Shown here in pieces: positions 32,069-42,187 of a DNA stretch of 64,000 bases. Within the stretch, counting starts at the first letter, position 1. Every line of letters starts with the position of its first letter. The position numbers and the translations under genes are program-made. Origin of the DNA: an uncultured delta proteobacterium (lineage in GTDB: Bacteria; Desulfobacterota; Binatia; UBA9968); assembly GCA_963727625.1 (NCBI GenBank), contig CAVSHR010000012.1, positions 448,001-512,000 of the forward strand. Reading direction: 5' to 3'. The notes below the pieces were generated by a model, which did not search any database, was not told the DNA's origin, and saw only the letters and a program-made list of their open reading frames with translations.

Positions 32069-32505
32069 GGCAATCTCATCGAGGCCTGAATTCGAGCAGG
32101 GACTCCGGTGACGGTGATATGGCCCACGACCAGCACCGTCTCGTCTTGATGACGCCGCACCGCCGCGGCGACGGCCTGGATGTTTTCGCGCGATTTTCCT
32201 TCATAGACCGGAATAATTTTGGGCTCGCCCTTTAGTAACTTGGCTAACGGCGCCGCCGTGTCGCGGGTCCGGCGCCATTGAGTCGTGATGATCGTCGTGA
32301 CACCGGCATCGCTCAAGGTCGCCGGGAGTGATCGCGCCCGCGCTTCACCCTCGGCGGTCAGGGGCGGATCTTCGCCTTTCCACACGCGCTCCATGTGTAG
32401 GACCAAGAAGACATGACGGGTTGAAACCCTCCCCTCGGGTCTGCCAGGCTTGGTACGGGCAGCTCAACCGAACAAAGCCGCGGCCAAAACGATTATCGGT
32501 AGCAT
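32065..32505 (-). pseudogene. Histidine phosphatase (SixA-like) remnant
   Basis: Signal-like MLPIIVLAAALFG, then in-frame TGA; VFLVLHMER (RH motif lost), DPPLTAEG, RTRDTAAP, VLVVGH, then truncated. Confidence 0.6.
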
Positions 32506-32577
32506 TCCATTAGAGCCGAGCCGTAATATTCTCACGAGAATCATCGATAGCGGCATTAATTTGGGAACTAGAATGAA

Positions 32578-32918
32578 TCAGACGAACTTCGCCGTCTTCC
32601 CGCAATTCGGACACGCACGCCAATCGGCATTAATCGCAAAACCGCACCCCGCGCAACGATGTCGCGGCATGAAGCGCAGCTTGGGTTCGTCCAACTTCGC
32701 GGCCCTTCGGCCCAATAGATGCCGGTGAACAGACTGGTTTTGCAGGTCACCGTCTCCGTAACGCCTGAACGGTCCGTGTAACTCACCCTGTCGTGCCGCT
32801 CGTTTTTCTCAAAAAACCAGCCGTGCGCAAACGGACTCCATTGAATTGATAGGACGCGGCCACCCTTCGATTCGATCTCATTTCTGATCCGGTTCTTTTG
32901 GACGGCATTCGCATGGCT
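32578..32918 (-). pseudogene. Remnant of small protein with C-terminal zinc ribbon
   Basis: NRIRNEIESKGGRVLSIQWSPFAHGWF...CKTSLFTGIYWAE, then a frameshift to RHRCAGCGFAINADWRACPNCGK. No start codon. Confidence 0.5.
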
Positions 32919-34175
32919 TTAACTATTTTTCCTTCGCTCCCAACAAAACAAAAGGTAATTGGCCAAGAACGCCGGCGCTAACCAGGAGTACCACAACTCC
33001 TCCGCCAACGAAAATCTCAAAAGCAAATGAGCGACATTGATCATAATATAGACACGAGCCGTCCAGGATCTAAGCCATGACCGGGGCCGTTGGCGTACCC
33101 AGACCGCCCCTTCCAAGATCGCCGGGAGAAGCACGACCTGATCGTAAGTCCAAATAAAAATACTGCTTACGACCGAGACAACGCTAATGAGCGGCAACTG
33201 ATCCAGCCAACTCCATGCATCCTTGTGACGCCGCCAATAATAGAGAGCCCAGATAACGGCGATCACCGTGGGCGTAAGCTCCAACCAACGATTGTCAAAG
33301 CCAAGAAGGATGGCCAGCGAGTTCCTTAGCGTCGGGGCGGGCCATTCCAACGGCTTCCGAACATCAGCAATTCCGTATAGCGTGAAATATTCGGAATACA
33401 CATTCGAATTGAAGAGCAACGGCAGCAACACTGCGACGACACCGGGCAGCAAAGCCCCCAAGACCAGCCGCCAGGACCCTTGGTCCAGGATCCACAGAAA
33501 GAAGAAGATCCAAAACAAATACAAGACATGGGGCTTGATCGACAAGATCACCAGCGCTGCCCCCATCACCATGCTATTCCGCTTGCGTTCGGAATGCAGA
33601 AAAGCGGTCAGTCCAGCCAAAACCAGCGGAGTAATTTGGCCGATGATTAAAACAAAAACCGCCGGCACAAATGTTAATGCCAGAACCCACGACAACCGGG
33701 AACCTTGCGCCGAGCCTCCGTAGAGTCGCCAGAGTTGTCGAGCCGAAATCAGAATCAAGCAAACATGGAACAGCAGCCAAAAAAATTGGCTGACAGTAAA
33801 ATCAAAAAGGCCAAACGGCAATGTAAACACAAACGACCAAGGCGGATTCCACATGACTAGAGGCGCTGCGCCGCCCCATCCAACGCTGCGTTGAATGGTG
33901 AGAAGCTCGTCGGGCGAGTAGGGGTTTCCGCCATTTGCAAGTAGCCGGGCGGCGGCCCAGTACTCGACAAAATCCCGGATCCCGGCCTGCTTAGGAATTT
34001 CCGCGCCCTGCGCAAAAACCTGTCCCGCGCCCATAAGCCCCAACAATCCGACGAGCAGGATCACCGGACAATAGAGATAAATTCGCTGCCAGCTCAAAAG
34101 GTGCGAGTCGAACAAATTCTTAGCGTGTCTGAAAATCACCGCTCCGGTTACCCTAAACTTCGAGTTCCTCGGCAT
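32919..34175 (-). CDS. GT87/DUF2029 family membrane glycosyltransferase
   Basis: DFVEYWAAA, NPY, WNPP, GQIT, IKPH, YDQVVLL; polytopic. Start uncertain. Confidence 0.82.
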   Translation of the reverse strand: MPRNSKFRVTGAVIFRHAKNLFDSHLLSWQRIYLYCPVILLVGLLGLMGAGQVFAQGAEIPKQAGIRDFVEYWAAARLLANGGNPYSPDELLTIQRSVGWGGAAPLVMWNPPWSFVFTLPFGLFDFTVSQFFWLLFHVCLILISARQLWRLYGGSAQGSRLSWVLALTFVPAVFVLIIGQITPLVLAGLTAFLHSERKRNSMVMGAALVILSIKPHVLYLFWIFFFLWILDQGSWRLVLGALLPGVVAVLLPLLFNSNVYSEYFTLYGIADVRKPLEWPAPTLRNSLAILLGFDNRWLELTPTVIAVIWALYYWRRHKDAWSWLDQLPLISVVSVVSSIFIWTYDQVVLLPAILEGAVWVRQRPRSWLRSWTARVYIMINVAHLLLRFSLAEELWYSWLAPAFLANYLLFCWERRKNS

Positions 34176-34308
34176 TCAACCGCAAGAGCATAATTAAACT
34201 TCGTCCGACCTCAATGCACCGGCAACGAATCGTTGCCGAAAACACAAGAATTTTTCGATATGCGCACGCGGATTGAGACGACTTTACGCGGGTATTACGA
34301 CCGATCCA

Positions 34309-35045
34309 TTACCCGGTCCCGCTGAAAAAGTTGATAGTTGATCGGGAAGACCGGCGCCACCGTCTTTGACATTGTAAAGAACCGCCCCCCCTATCGCCCT
34401 TTTTCGCAATATTTCCTGTGATATTAGTAGTCATCAGAGCGCTAGGAATTGGTCGGGTTTCGCCGCTAGAATGTGATTGTCGCTCCAACGTGGTTTGCGT
34501 CTTCAACAGAGCGGCTTTTTCCTGGCGTAGTCTCTAATGTGTTGGGCGGCATCCTCCAGCCATAACAGCCCTCGCTCCAGTGCTTCCGCCCATCGGCGGA
34601 GTTTAGCATCGGCATCTGTAATGGCCGCTGCGATCGTCTTTCCCTCCGCAGTGGGCTTTTGCTTTTGTGCCATCGCGGCTGTGGCCAACGCGATAAATCT
34701 TCGCACGTTGTCGGTACTTAGAATGCGCTTGTGGATCCTATCTAAGACAGCATTCTCTAATTTGTTTTTGTTTAAGAGCGGCGCGTCACAAGCGCTTTTG
34801 CCCTTTTGCAAATATGTTTGGCAGCTATAATAGTGGAAGCGACTGCTTTTGGCGGCGGTTCCAACGTAATGGTGTGACCACCGATCATATACGACGAGTT
34901 GGCTGAGAAGATAGTTTGTGCGGTGAGCATAAGAGTTGTACCAGGACAAAGGAACCCCTTCACGTTTCTTTTGGACCCAATCGAATAAACTTTTTTCGAT
35001 GATGGTCGGGTAGAAACCAAGGATCGTGAACGGCTCTTGGCAGCT
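34309..35045 (-). pseudogene. Decayed large serine recombinase (recombinase/zinc-ribbon/coiled-coil part only)
   Basis: YPTIIEKSLFDWVQ..YLLSQLV..GTAAKSSRFHYYSCQTY..C..LENAVL, then coiled coil. First CxxC eroded; catalytic resolvase domain absent. Confidence 0.75.
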
Positions 35046-35079
35046 GTATATTATGGGTGATTCGGTACGGATAGAGTTG

Positions 35080-35943
35080 CTAAATTTGGGAGACGCTATG
35101 TTGCCCCTGGTTCGAAAATTGCCATGTTACGAGAGATGCAGCGCCCGAGGACCAACCCTTCGCCCAAATATATTCGACGGACGACGGTATCGCTGGCCCT
35201 AGAACACCTTGGAGAGCCACCCAGGCTAAAAGTTCGTTGGACACTCCGGCTTTTTTAATGTTCTCGGGCGTAACCCTGCGTACAAACTCCTCGATGTTTC
35301 CCTCCTTTAGCAATCCCAGGAACTCCATTTCGAAGGCTGTGTCTACACTGCCCATCGTCGGACCTCCGACGTCACCATAGATACTTCCGCTAACCAGGAC
35401 CGCCACTTTGCCGGTATAACTGTCGTTGATGAACTGGCGAATATGCTGACCCAATTTATAGCACCTCCGAGCCGTCGGCCCTGGTTGCAGCATTCCACCG
35501 ATATGTACCGGCACTATCGGAAGATCCATGTGCGGGGTGACGAAATTTAGGGGTACCATAAACGCGTGATCCAATATAAAGTCTTCAGAATACGAAAAAT
35601 CGATCTCGTTCTCGATTCCATAGTGGAGCAGTCCACGCGCCAATCTCGTATCGACTTTAAGCGTGGCCTTTGGCACCCGCAAATTTTGGATTTCTTTTGG
35701 TGCCGGTCCTGCGCACGTGTCCGAGACCGCGAGGCAGAACATCGGATTGTTATGGTAGAAAAAGTTGGTCATGTGATCTGTAGTCAGAACAATAAGACAA
35801 TCCGGTGACGCCTCGACCAAGCATTTGTGCAGATAGTCGAAGCCCTGCAACAACCGGTGCCGGTCGTCATCGGATATACCCTCCGGGCGGGATGTGATGT
35901 TTGGATTGTGAGGAGCTGCAAGACCGAGAACTATCTTACCCAT
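35080..35943 (-). CDS. LigB-like extradiol dioxygenase, large subunit (atypical active site)
   Basis: APHNP, TDHMTNFF, LDHAFMVP, RCYKLG, NELLAW. The TGGxSH motif reads SGSIYG. Confidence 0.85.
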   Translation of the reverse strand: MGKIVLGLAAPHNPNITSRPEGISDDDRHRLLQGFDYLHKCLVEASPDCLIVLTTDHMTNFFYHNNPMFCLAVSDTCAGPAPKEIQNLRVPKATLKVDTRLARGLLHYGIENEIDFSYSEDFILDHAFMVPLNFVTPHMDLPIVPVHIGGMLQPGPTARRCYKLGQHIRQFINDSYTGKVAVLVSGSIYGDVGGPTMGSVDTAFEMEFLGLLKEGNIEEFVRRVTPENIKKAGVSNELLAWVALQGVLGPAIPSSVEYIWAKGWSSGAASLVTWQFSNQGQHSVSQI

Positions 35944-36195
35944 TTAGACCTCCCGTATCTGCTTCAAATACTCATCAGTTCGAATTCCCACCATGTGGGC
36001 GAATTGGAAGAGGAGCCACGGGTTCACCCCCATTTGGTAAAGGCTCTTTATATCTTTTGATAATATGGCCAAGCGCTCAGTATGACTCAAGTCATAAGGC
36101 TTCGCGATTGATTCTGGCTTAGCAAGATAATTTTCCCGGAGATCGAGATCGTTATGGATGTCAAAGAATAGCCTTTGGACTTGGTAAAGGCTCAT
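35944..36195 (-). CDS. LigA-like small subunit
   Basis: MSLYQVQRLFF...YDLSHTERLAI..D..LYQMGVNPWLL; abuts the LigB-like gene. Confidence 0.8.
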   Translation of the reverse strand: MSLYQVQRLFFDIHNDLDLRENYLAKPESIAKPYDLSHTERLAILSKDIKSLYQMGVNPWLLFQFAHMVGIRTDEYLKQIREV

Positions 36196-36503
36196 GGTAT
36201 TCCTCCAAGATTAAGATCGCTTACAGTATTAACGCCTCACATGAGTTTTTGGAAGCCTATTTGCTCTTGATGAAATTGCAGTCTTTGAAGTTCGGTAGCG
36301 TCTGAGCCTAAATCGAGGCAGCCCGAGGATCGATCCGGCGACTTCCTTCACCATCTGCTGCAATCACGCCCGGTTCCAAAAAATCTTCAAAGTCGCGATG
36401 CATTATCAGGGCCGCACTATTGAATCATCTCACAAATCACACTGGTTGAAGCATTGCACGACGCCAATCATTGGAATGAAATATCAAAAATGTGCCTTAC
36501 AGG

Positions 36504-37550
36504 TCAGAAACCCCATTTCCTCACTGCGGCCTCCGCTTTCTTCAATGCAGGTTGCAATTCCGGTCGTCCACGGACTTCCTGATAGGCGGCCGTGACCAAG
36601 GCGCCGCGCACCACCTCTTCGGGATCAATCGGTAGATCCAGTTGCTTGAGGTGAAGCATCTCTTGGATCGTTTCGACAACGTCAGTCCGGGAAACAGCGA
36701 GGTCGATGGGTAACGTCCAACCCTCGACTTTTTCCGGACTACTGAGAAGCTGCACGACTCGTTCTTCATCATTGTGGCTACTCTCGCGTAACCTGAGCTC
36801 GAGATCTCGGAGATATTCAAAGTGGTCACGGTCCCGCATAAACCAGAATGAGCGAATGATTGCGCGAAGAAAAGCAGAGAGTTCGGTTTCGCGCTCCTCT
36901 ATTGTCTGCTTTGTTGCGACGATAACTTTGCCAAGCCGCCCCCGCGACCGGTTTGTCTTGGGGTCCAGAATCGTAGAATAGCCCTCCGCCTCAAGCTGTT
37001 CCGAGAAAGGTGGCGCCGACGACACCATGTCCACTTTTCCCGATTTAAGCATCTCGACGTGCGCGGGATTACTTCGGTAAGCAAATGCTGGATCGTAAAT
37101 CCAGGAAACATCCTTTTCTGGGTTCAGCCCTGCCGCGCGCAATGCCTTCGATAGAGAGTACTGCATGAGATCGCCTGGCTCTCGAACACCGATTTTACAA
37201 CCGCGCAGCTGACTTAGTTCTCGAATACCTTTGCGAGCGTACCACTTCAGGTCCGGATTGCTCTCGTACCGCCAACCAGCAACCAAATAGAGGTCAACTC
37301 CTCTGGCGCGCTGGCAAATGATCGAGTCGATATTAACGGCCGTAACAATATCTAGCCCGTGATCCTTCACGGCCGCTTCTAATCCTTCAGATTCAAGAAG
37401 CCCAGGAACGAGTCCGCGACATTCATATTCGTAATTTAAAAACCCTTCCTCGCGAAAATAGCCTTGCTCCTCGGCAACCCGAACCGCTATTTGTTGCCCG
37501 ACATGGTAGTTGCTGTTTGCGACTAAAAGTGCCTGATCACGGTTACTCAA
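36504..37550 (-). CDS. NMT1/THI5/SsuA-fold protein without signal peptide
   Basis: AEEQGYFREEG, LRGCKIGV, AGLNPEKDV. TTG start after GGGAG. Paralog of 39553..40602. Confidence 0.78.
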   Translation of the reverse strand: MSNRDQALLVANSNYHVGQQIAVRVAEEQGYFREEGFLNYEYECRGLVPGLLESEGLEAAVKDHGLDIVTAVNIDSIICQRARGVDLYLVAGWRYESNPDLKWYARKGIRELSQLRGCKIGVREPGDLMQYSLSKALRAAGLNPEKDVSWIYDPAFAYRSNPAHVEMLKSGKVDMVSSAPPFSEQLEAEGYSTILDPKTNRSRGRLGKVIVATKQTIEERETELSAFLRAIIRSFWFMRDRDHFEYLRDLELRLRESSHNDEERVVQLLSSPEKVEGWTLPIDLAVSRTDVVETIQEMLHLKQLDLPIDPEEVVRGALVTAAYQEVRGRPELQPALKKAEAAVRKWGF

Positions 37551-38158
37551 GATACTCCCTAGAAGCTGTTACCTTATGACCCATCCAGTTTGTTGCTAAT
37601 TACCATCGCCCTCTTTCCGCGTGGTGTATAGCGACGGAAACCCTAGACATGAACACGTCAAAATCCGCAGTTCGCAAGTGTATCGTTATCTTTTTACGTC
37701 GTTGATTGCTCAAAACGAGACAAGCCATGCAAAACGCTAGCGCCCAAAATGAAAAAATGACAAACATAATATCGACTCGAACCAACTATTCAACGCTACG
37801 CTCGAGCCAATATGCAATTGCCGTCCTCATATCACCCTGCCGATTACCGGTCAACTTGATTTGACCGCTAATTTTGCTCTGTGTTTTTAGAAGATCAAGA
37901 AAATTATCGGTAATGAGGATTATGCGACCGAGGAGAGAAGTTTCAGAGGTCGGGCTCAAGAGAGGAGCTGTGGACGGGACCTTGTACTTTCTCATTCTGT
38001 TCATCGGTTTCTGTCTCGGGCTTGGGTTTGAAACCAGAAACCATAGTCGCTTGACATTATTTATCACTTGCACAATAGATGTTTTAGTGATGCGCGTTGC
38101 ATTTTTTTGGATAGAAGCCATTGGCACAGACGTCGTAGCACGCGCTTCGATTTGATGT

Positions 38159-39115
38159 ATGGCCGATATAGCCTTAACGCTTTCCTGTGGGGACTATGAT
38201 CGCACGCGCCCACTCATTGATCACACAGTTCCTACACCCGGCTTGGATCTCAAGGTCATGCCGGTGTCGTCATCCGAGCGTCACGCTCGGTTCGTCACCA
38301 ATTTTGAGTTTGACGCTTGCGAGCTGCAAATTGCCCTGTTTTTGGGTCTAAAGAGCCGCGGGGTGCCGATCACAGCGATCCCGGTTTTCCCTCATCGCCG
38401 ATTCAATCATAGCTGTGTCATGGTCCGTCTGGACTCCGACATCAGGCGTCCTGAAGATCTCCGCGGGCGCCGTGTCGGTATCCATGGACACTTCAATCCA
38501 ATCGCACTTTGGACACGGGGCGTGTTGCAGCATGAATTCGGGGTACCACCAAGCTCGATCCAATGGGTCGCTGATGGCGTCGATCTTGTGCCAGCCTGGT
38601 CACCCCCTTCCTGGTTACGCATCGAGCGCGCACCGGCCGGGAAGAAAATGCAAAGTTTAGTGGCAACCGGCAAGCTGGATGTCCAAATACTTTCCGATAG
38701 CGGAGCCGACGCCTTGGCCATGAACAAGGTCGTGCGAAGGCTATGGCCCAACTATCGCGAGGTGGAGGCGGACTACTATCGCCGCACTGGAATTTTCCCG
38801 ATTCGCGAAGTTGTTGCCGTCAAGGACGAAGTGCTTCAGCGCGATCCCGAGGTGGCGGTACTGCTGGTGCGCGCATTCGAAGATGCCAAACAGCGCGCCT
38901 ACCGTTATTGGGCCGACCACCGCCGCTCGTATCTTGCCTGGTACGGGGCCGAACAGGAAGAAGAAAGGGCCCTATTCGGGGCCGATCCGTGGCCCTACTC
39001 GATCGAGAAGAACCGAGTTGCCATTGAGACGCTGCTGGACTACGCGTTTGAGCAGGGACTCACTGAGCGGCGCCTCGACGTCAAAGAAATTTTTACCCCC
39101 GAGACACTTGATTGA
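38159..39115 (+). CDS. 4,5-dihydroxyphthalate decarboxylase-like protein (PBP2 fold)
   Basis: LTLSCGDYDRT, AIPVFPHRRF, TGIFPI, DPWPY, YAFEQGL. Substrate not established. Confidence 0.78.
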   Translation: MADIALTLSCGDYDRTRPLIDHTVPTPGLDLKVMPVSSSERHARFVTNFEFDACELQIALFLGLKSRGVPITAIPVFPHRRFNHSCVMVRLDSDIRRPEDLRGRRVGIHGHFNPIALWTRGVLQHEFGVPPSSIQWVADGVDLVPAWSPPSWLRIERAPAGKKMQSLVATGKLDVQILSDSGADALAMNKVVRRLWPNYREVEADYYRRTGIFPIREVVAVKDEVLQRDPEVAVLLVRAFEDAKQRAYRYWADHRRSYLAWYGAEQEEERALFGADPWPYSIEKNRVAIETLLDYAFEQGLTERRLDVKEIFTPETLD

Positions 39116-39552
39116 GAATCGGCGCCGCTCTTTCACTTTAATTCCCATTGATATCGTGGCGACTGACCGGCAAAAATCGTTTTTGAACTGATGAAAGATA
39201 AATCAGTTTGACAGTAACCGGGTTACGCGGTAAGGGAAATCTAGTCACAACGTTGACGGCCGAACCAATTATCTCGTGGCTTTTTTCGAGACGCCGCTCA
39301 TCACTTCGATTCGAGCTACAGATTCGGACAATGCAGCGAGGCTGCCCTAAAAAATCGGTTCAAAATCGTTTTCGAATTTGACACCCGCTTTTCGCGGCTT
39401 CTTATCGACGGCAAAGTACAAAAGCGTCCAAAACAAATAATTTCCATCCTAAAAAAGGTTCTCCAGCTACGCTACCAGATCACAGCGCAAAGCATGCATG
39501 ACTTCATCCTTGTGCGTGCGGCAAACAAATTGTTAGAAAAAGGAGATTCACA

Positions 39553-40602
39553 ATGAGCATTTTGGATCAACCTATTTTAATCGCCAATGTGAACTACCAC
39601 GTCGGCCATTGGGTAGCCATTTACCTCGCCGAGGAACAGGGCTTTTTCAAGCAGGAAGGTCTCGAACATTATGAGTATGAGCGTGGTGGACTCCTACCTG
39701 GGCCGTGGGAAGGCCTGGGTCTCGGTCTGGCAATCAAAGAGCATGGGGTTGATATCGCAACAGCGGTGGACACGGAATCGGCCATCTTGCAGAGGGCCCG
39801 AGGTGCCGATGTGTATATTGTCGGCGGTTGGCGCTACACGCCATTACTCAAGTGGTATGGTTCCAAACATATCACTGATATGGCTAAGCTCCGCGGCGGT
39901 AAAATCGGCGTCAGGGAGAGCTCAGCCGAGGGTGGAGGACTCGTTGAGTTCTTTATCGAGGAGGCCTTGAAAGAAGCTGGCGTCAACCCCCAAACAGAAG
40001 TGGAAAAGGTCCGAAACCGCGTGTTCGGTTACCGCAATAACCCGGCTCATATCGAAATGCTTCGGTCCGGAAAAGTCAATGCGATCACGTCTTCGCCCCC
40101 GTTCTCCGATCAACTCGAAAAAGAAGGTTATCCTGTCATCCTCGACCCCAACAAGGTATTTCCACGGCGCCCGGGTAAGGTTACCGTGGCGCCGCTAAGA
40201 ACAATCGAAAAACGGGGTGAGGAGCTTAAGGCTTATTTCCGAGCGATCATTCGGGCTTTTTGGTTCATGCGGGATCCAAATAGCTTCGAATATCTCCACG
40301 ATCTCGAAGCGCGGCTAAGGAAGCTCACGCATAACGAAGACGAGCGTAGCCTCTTTATTGCTTCAGCGCCTGATAGACTTGAAAGTTGGGCATTGCCTGT
40401 CGACGGATGCATAGAACGCCAGGCGCTCGGTAGAATCATTCAAGAGATGGTCAAGAGAGGCAGGCTGGAGAGCCCGCTTCCTGTAGAGGAAGTTTTCAGA
40501 GACACAGCGGTACAGGATGCTTACCGCGACGTCAGCAGCCGGATGAATCTTAAGCCTGCCTTCGACACCGCCATGGGGGCCGTGAAAAAATACGGTTTCT
40601 AA
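39553..40602 (+). CDS. NMT1/THI5/SsuA-fold protein without signal peptide
   Basis: AAAGGAG RBS; AEEQGFFKQEG, LRGGKIGV; no hydrophobic N-terminus. Confidence 0.8.
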   Translation: MSILDQPILIANVNYHVGHWVAIYLAEEQGFFKQEGLEHYEYERGGLLPGPWEGLGLGLAIKEHGVDIATAVDTESAILQRARGADVYIVGGWRYTPLLKWYGSKHITDMAKLRGGKIGVRESSAEGGGLVEFFIEEALKEAGVNPQTEVEKVRNRVFGYRNNPAHIEMLRSGKVNAITSSPPFSDQLEKEGYPVILDPNKVFPRRPGKVTVAPLRTIEKRGEELKAYFRAIIRAFWFMRDPNSFEYLHDLEARLRKLTHNEDERSLFIASAPDRLESWALPVDGCIERQALGRIIQEMVKRGRLESPLPVEEVFRDTAVQDAYRDVSSRMNLKPAFDTAMGAVKKYGF

Positions 40603-40865
40603 GAAACTGTAAAATGATCTCGTTTGTGAGCGTTCAACAGCAGCTAGAACCCTTTATACATGATCTCGGTCATGCGCTCATGGGCGACTCGGATATCGCC
40701 ACTCGGGCAAACGCCGAAAATACCGGGCCCTAGAAGTCTTCGGAACGAAAGCGTGCGCACGATCGCTTACGTCATTGATTACTAACGATTGAAGAGACAA
40801 GGCGCCGTCGACGCAATTTTGCAAGAAGCCGCGCGCCATCTCTTAGAAAAGTCTATCGCAGCTAG

Positions 40866-40935
40866 TGTAAAAAATACAGGTTTCAATCTGTCACGCCGGA
40901 AGCTAAGTTGTAACGTAGGTGCTGTAACGTATACA
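40866..40935. promoter_or_regulatory. Paired TGTA-N5-TACA palindromes (candidate operator)
   Basis: TGTAAAAAATACA (40866-40878) and TGTAACGTATACA (40923-40935), upstream of the first ABC operon. Confidence 0.45.
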
Positions 40936-40966
40936 TTGATCCAACAGACAGAAAGGAGTGTCTCCA

Positions 40967-42118
40967 ATGATTTCAATGGCTGACCGTACAGTTTCTTTCT
41001 TTGTGTTCGCACTCGCCCTGGCGATCTCGATGGCGGTCTACTCGCCAACGTGCGGAGCGGCGAATCCTCTAGCGGATCTCGTAGCGGCTGCTAAAGGAGA
41101 GGGCGCCTTAAATGCCGCTGTTGTCTCGAGCTTACATGGCAAAGCTCACCCAAAACTTGCCGCGGCTTTCAAGAAGCGCTTCGGGCTTGATGATATTGAC
41201 CTAACGATTACAAACGTAACAAGCTCGACGCACTACGGCAGAGCTGCGGCTGCAACTCGGGCTGGTGCGGTGCCGACCTATGATACAATTGAAGGATCTG
41301 AGCTCAGCAATATTCAGCTCATCGGGATTGGCGGTACGCAGACAATTGAAAATTGGCAGTCCTTATTGGCCGGAATCAACCCGCTGGTGCACTCGGGAAA
41401 GGTTCGCCCTCAACAGATCAGCCCAAAGCCATTTACCGGTCACGGTTTCAAGTACATGTCGCGGGTGAAGGCATTATTATACAATCCCAAACTTATCTCT
41501 GAATCCGAATTGCCTAAGACGCATGCTGACCTCGGCAATCCAAAATATAAAGGTATGTGGACGCAGCCTCCGTGGACGTCCCATTGGGAGGTCGGCCCCC
41601 TGATTTTTCCCGATTTAGGCAAGGAAAAATGGGTGGACGTGGTACGGAAAGCTGGGAAAAACGCCCGCGCCGTGCAGTCAGCGTCGAAAGGTGTTCAGCG
41701 AGTCCTTTTGGGTGAGTTCGCCTTCGGGTTGGCTAACACTTACGAGGGGCTACGAGCGCAGGATCGAGATTCGGACTCCCCGATCGCAGTTGCCTATTTT
41801 GCGGATTACAACCAAACCAATTCGGGCTATTACGTCGTTCGGAAAGGGGCTCGGCACCCTGCGGCCGGGACCCTTTTTGCTTTGTGGATGGGAACGCCCG
41901 AAGCCAAAAGCATCTGGCAACCGGTGACCTATGGCACACAGTTTTTGTGGGGTGAAAGTAAGCTGGATCGTACCGTCAGAGAGCTGATCAAAAAGAGCGG
42001 GGCCCGTATCGTTGATTATCTGGAGAGTGACGAAAGTTTGGCGCTGTTAAAGTGGTACGGCACTGGAGAAGGGAGAAAATATAGCAAAGCCCTGGCCCAA
42101 GCTATAAGGGGACAGTAG
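40967..42118 (+). CDS. ABC substrate-binding protein (FbpA/AfuA-like cluster)
   Basis: Signal peptide, AAAKGEG, LLYNPKL, DLGNPKYKG, ARHPAAGTLF. ATG 40967 follows AAAGGAG. Confidence 0.85.
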   Translation: MISMADRTVSFFVFALALAISMAVYSPTCGAANPLADLVAAAKGEGALNAAVVSSLHGKAHPKLAAAFKKRFGLDDIDLTITNVTSSTHYGRAAAATRAGAVPTYDTIEGSELSNIQLIGIGGTQTIENWQSLLAGINPLVHSGKVRPQQISPKPFTGHGFKYMSRVKALLYNPKLISESELPKTHADLGNPKYKGMWTQPPWTSHWEVGPLIFPDLGKEKWVDVVRKAGKNARAVQSASKGVQRVLLGEFAFGLANTYEGLRAQDRDSDSPIAVAYFADYNQTNSGYYVVRKGARHPAAGTLFALWMGTPEAKSIWQPVTYGTQFLWGESKLDRTVRELIKKSGARIVDYLESDESLALLKWYGTGEGRKYSKALAQAIRGQ

Positions 42119-42187
42119 AGAAGTGGAAACCCACGCTGGTTTTGGCCTTCCGCTGGCTCGGCCAGCGGTCTGTTAATCGGTATTTTA

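Noticed and set aside
34260-34400. tRNA or att site next to the recombinase remnant
   Set aside because: No cloverleaf found, and no matching direct repeat at the other end.
38121-38140. Sigma54 promoter (TTGGCAC...)
   Set aside because: The -12 TTGC element is missing at the required spacing.
37600-38155. Small ORFs in the divergent spacer
   Set aside because: They overlap on both strands with no motifs or convincing RBS; more likely regulatory DNA.
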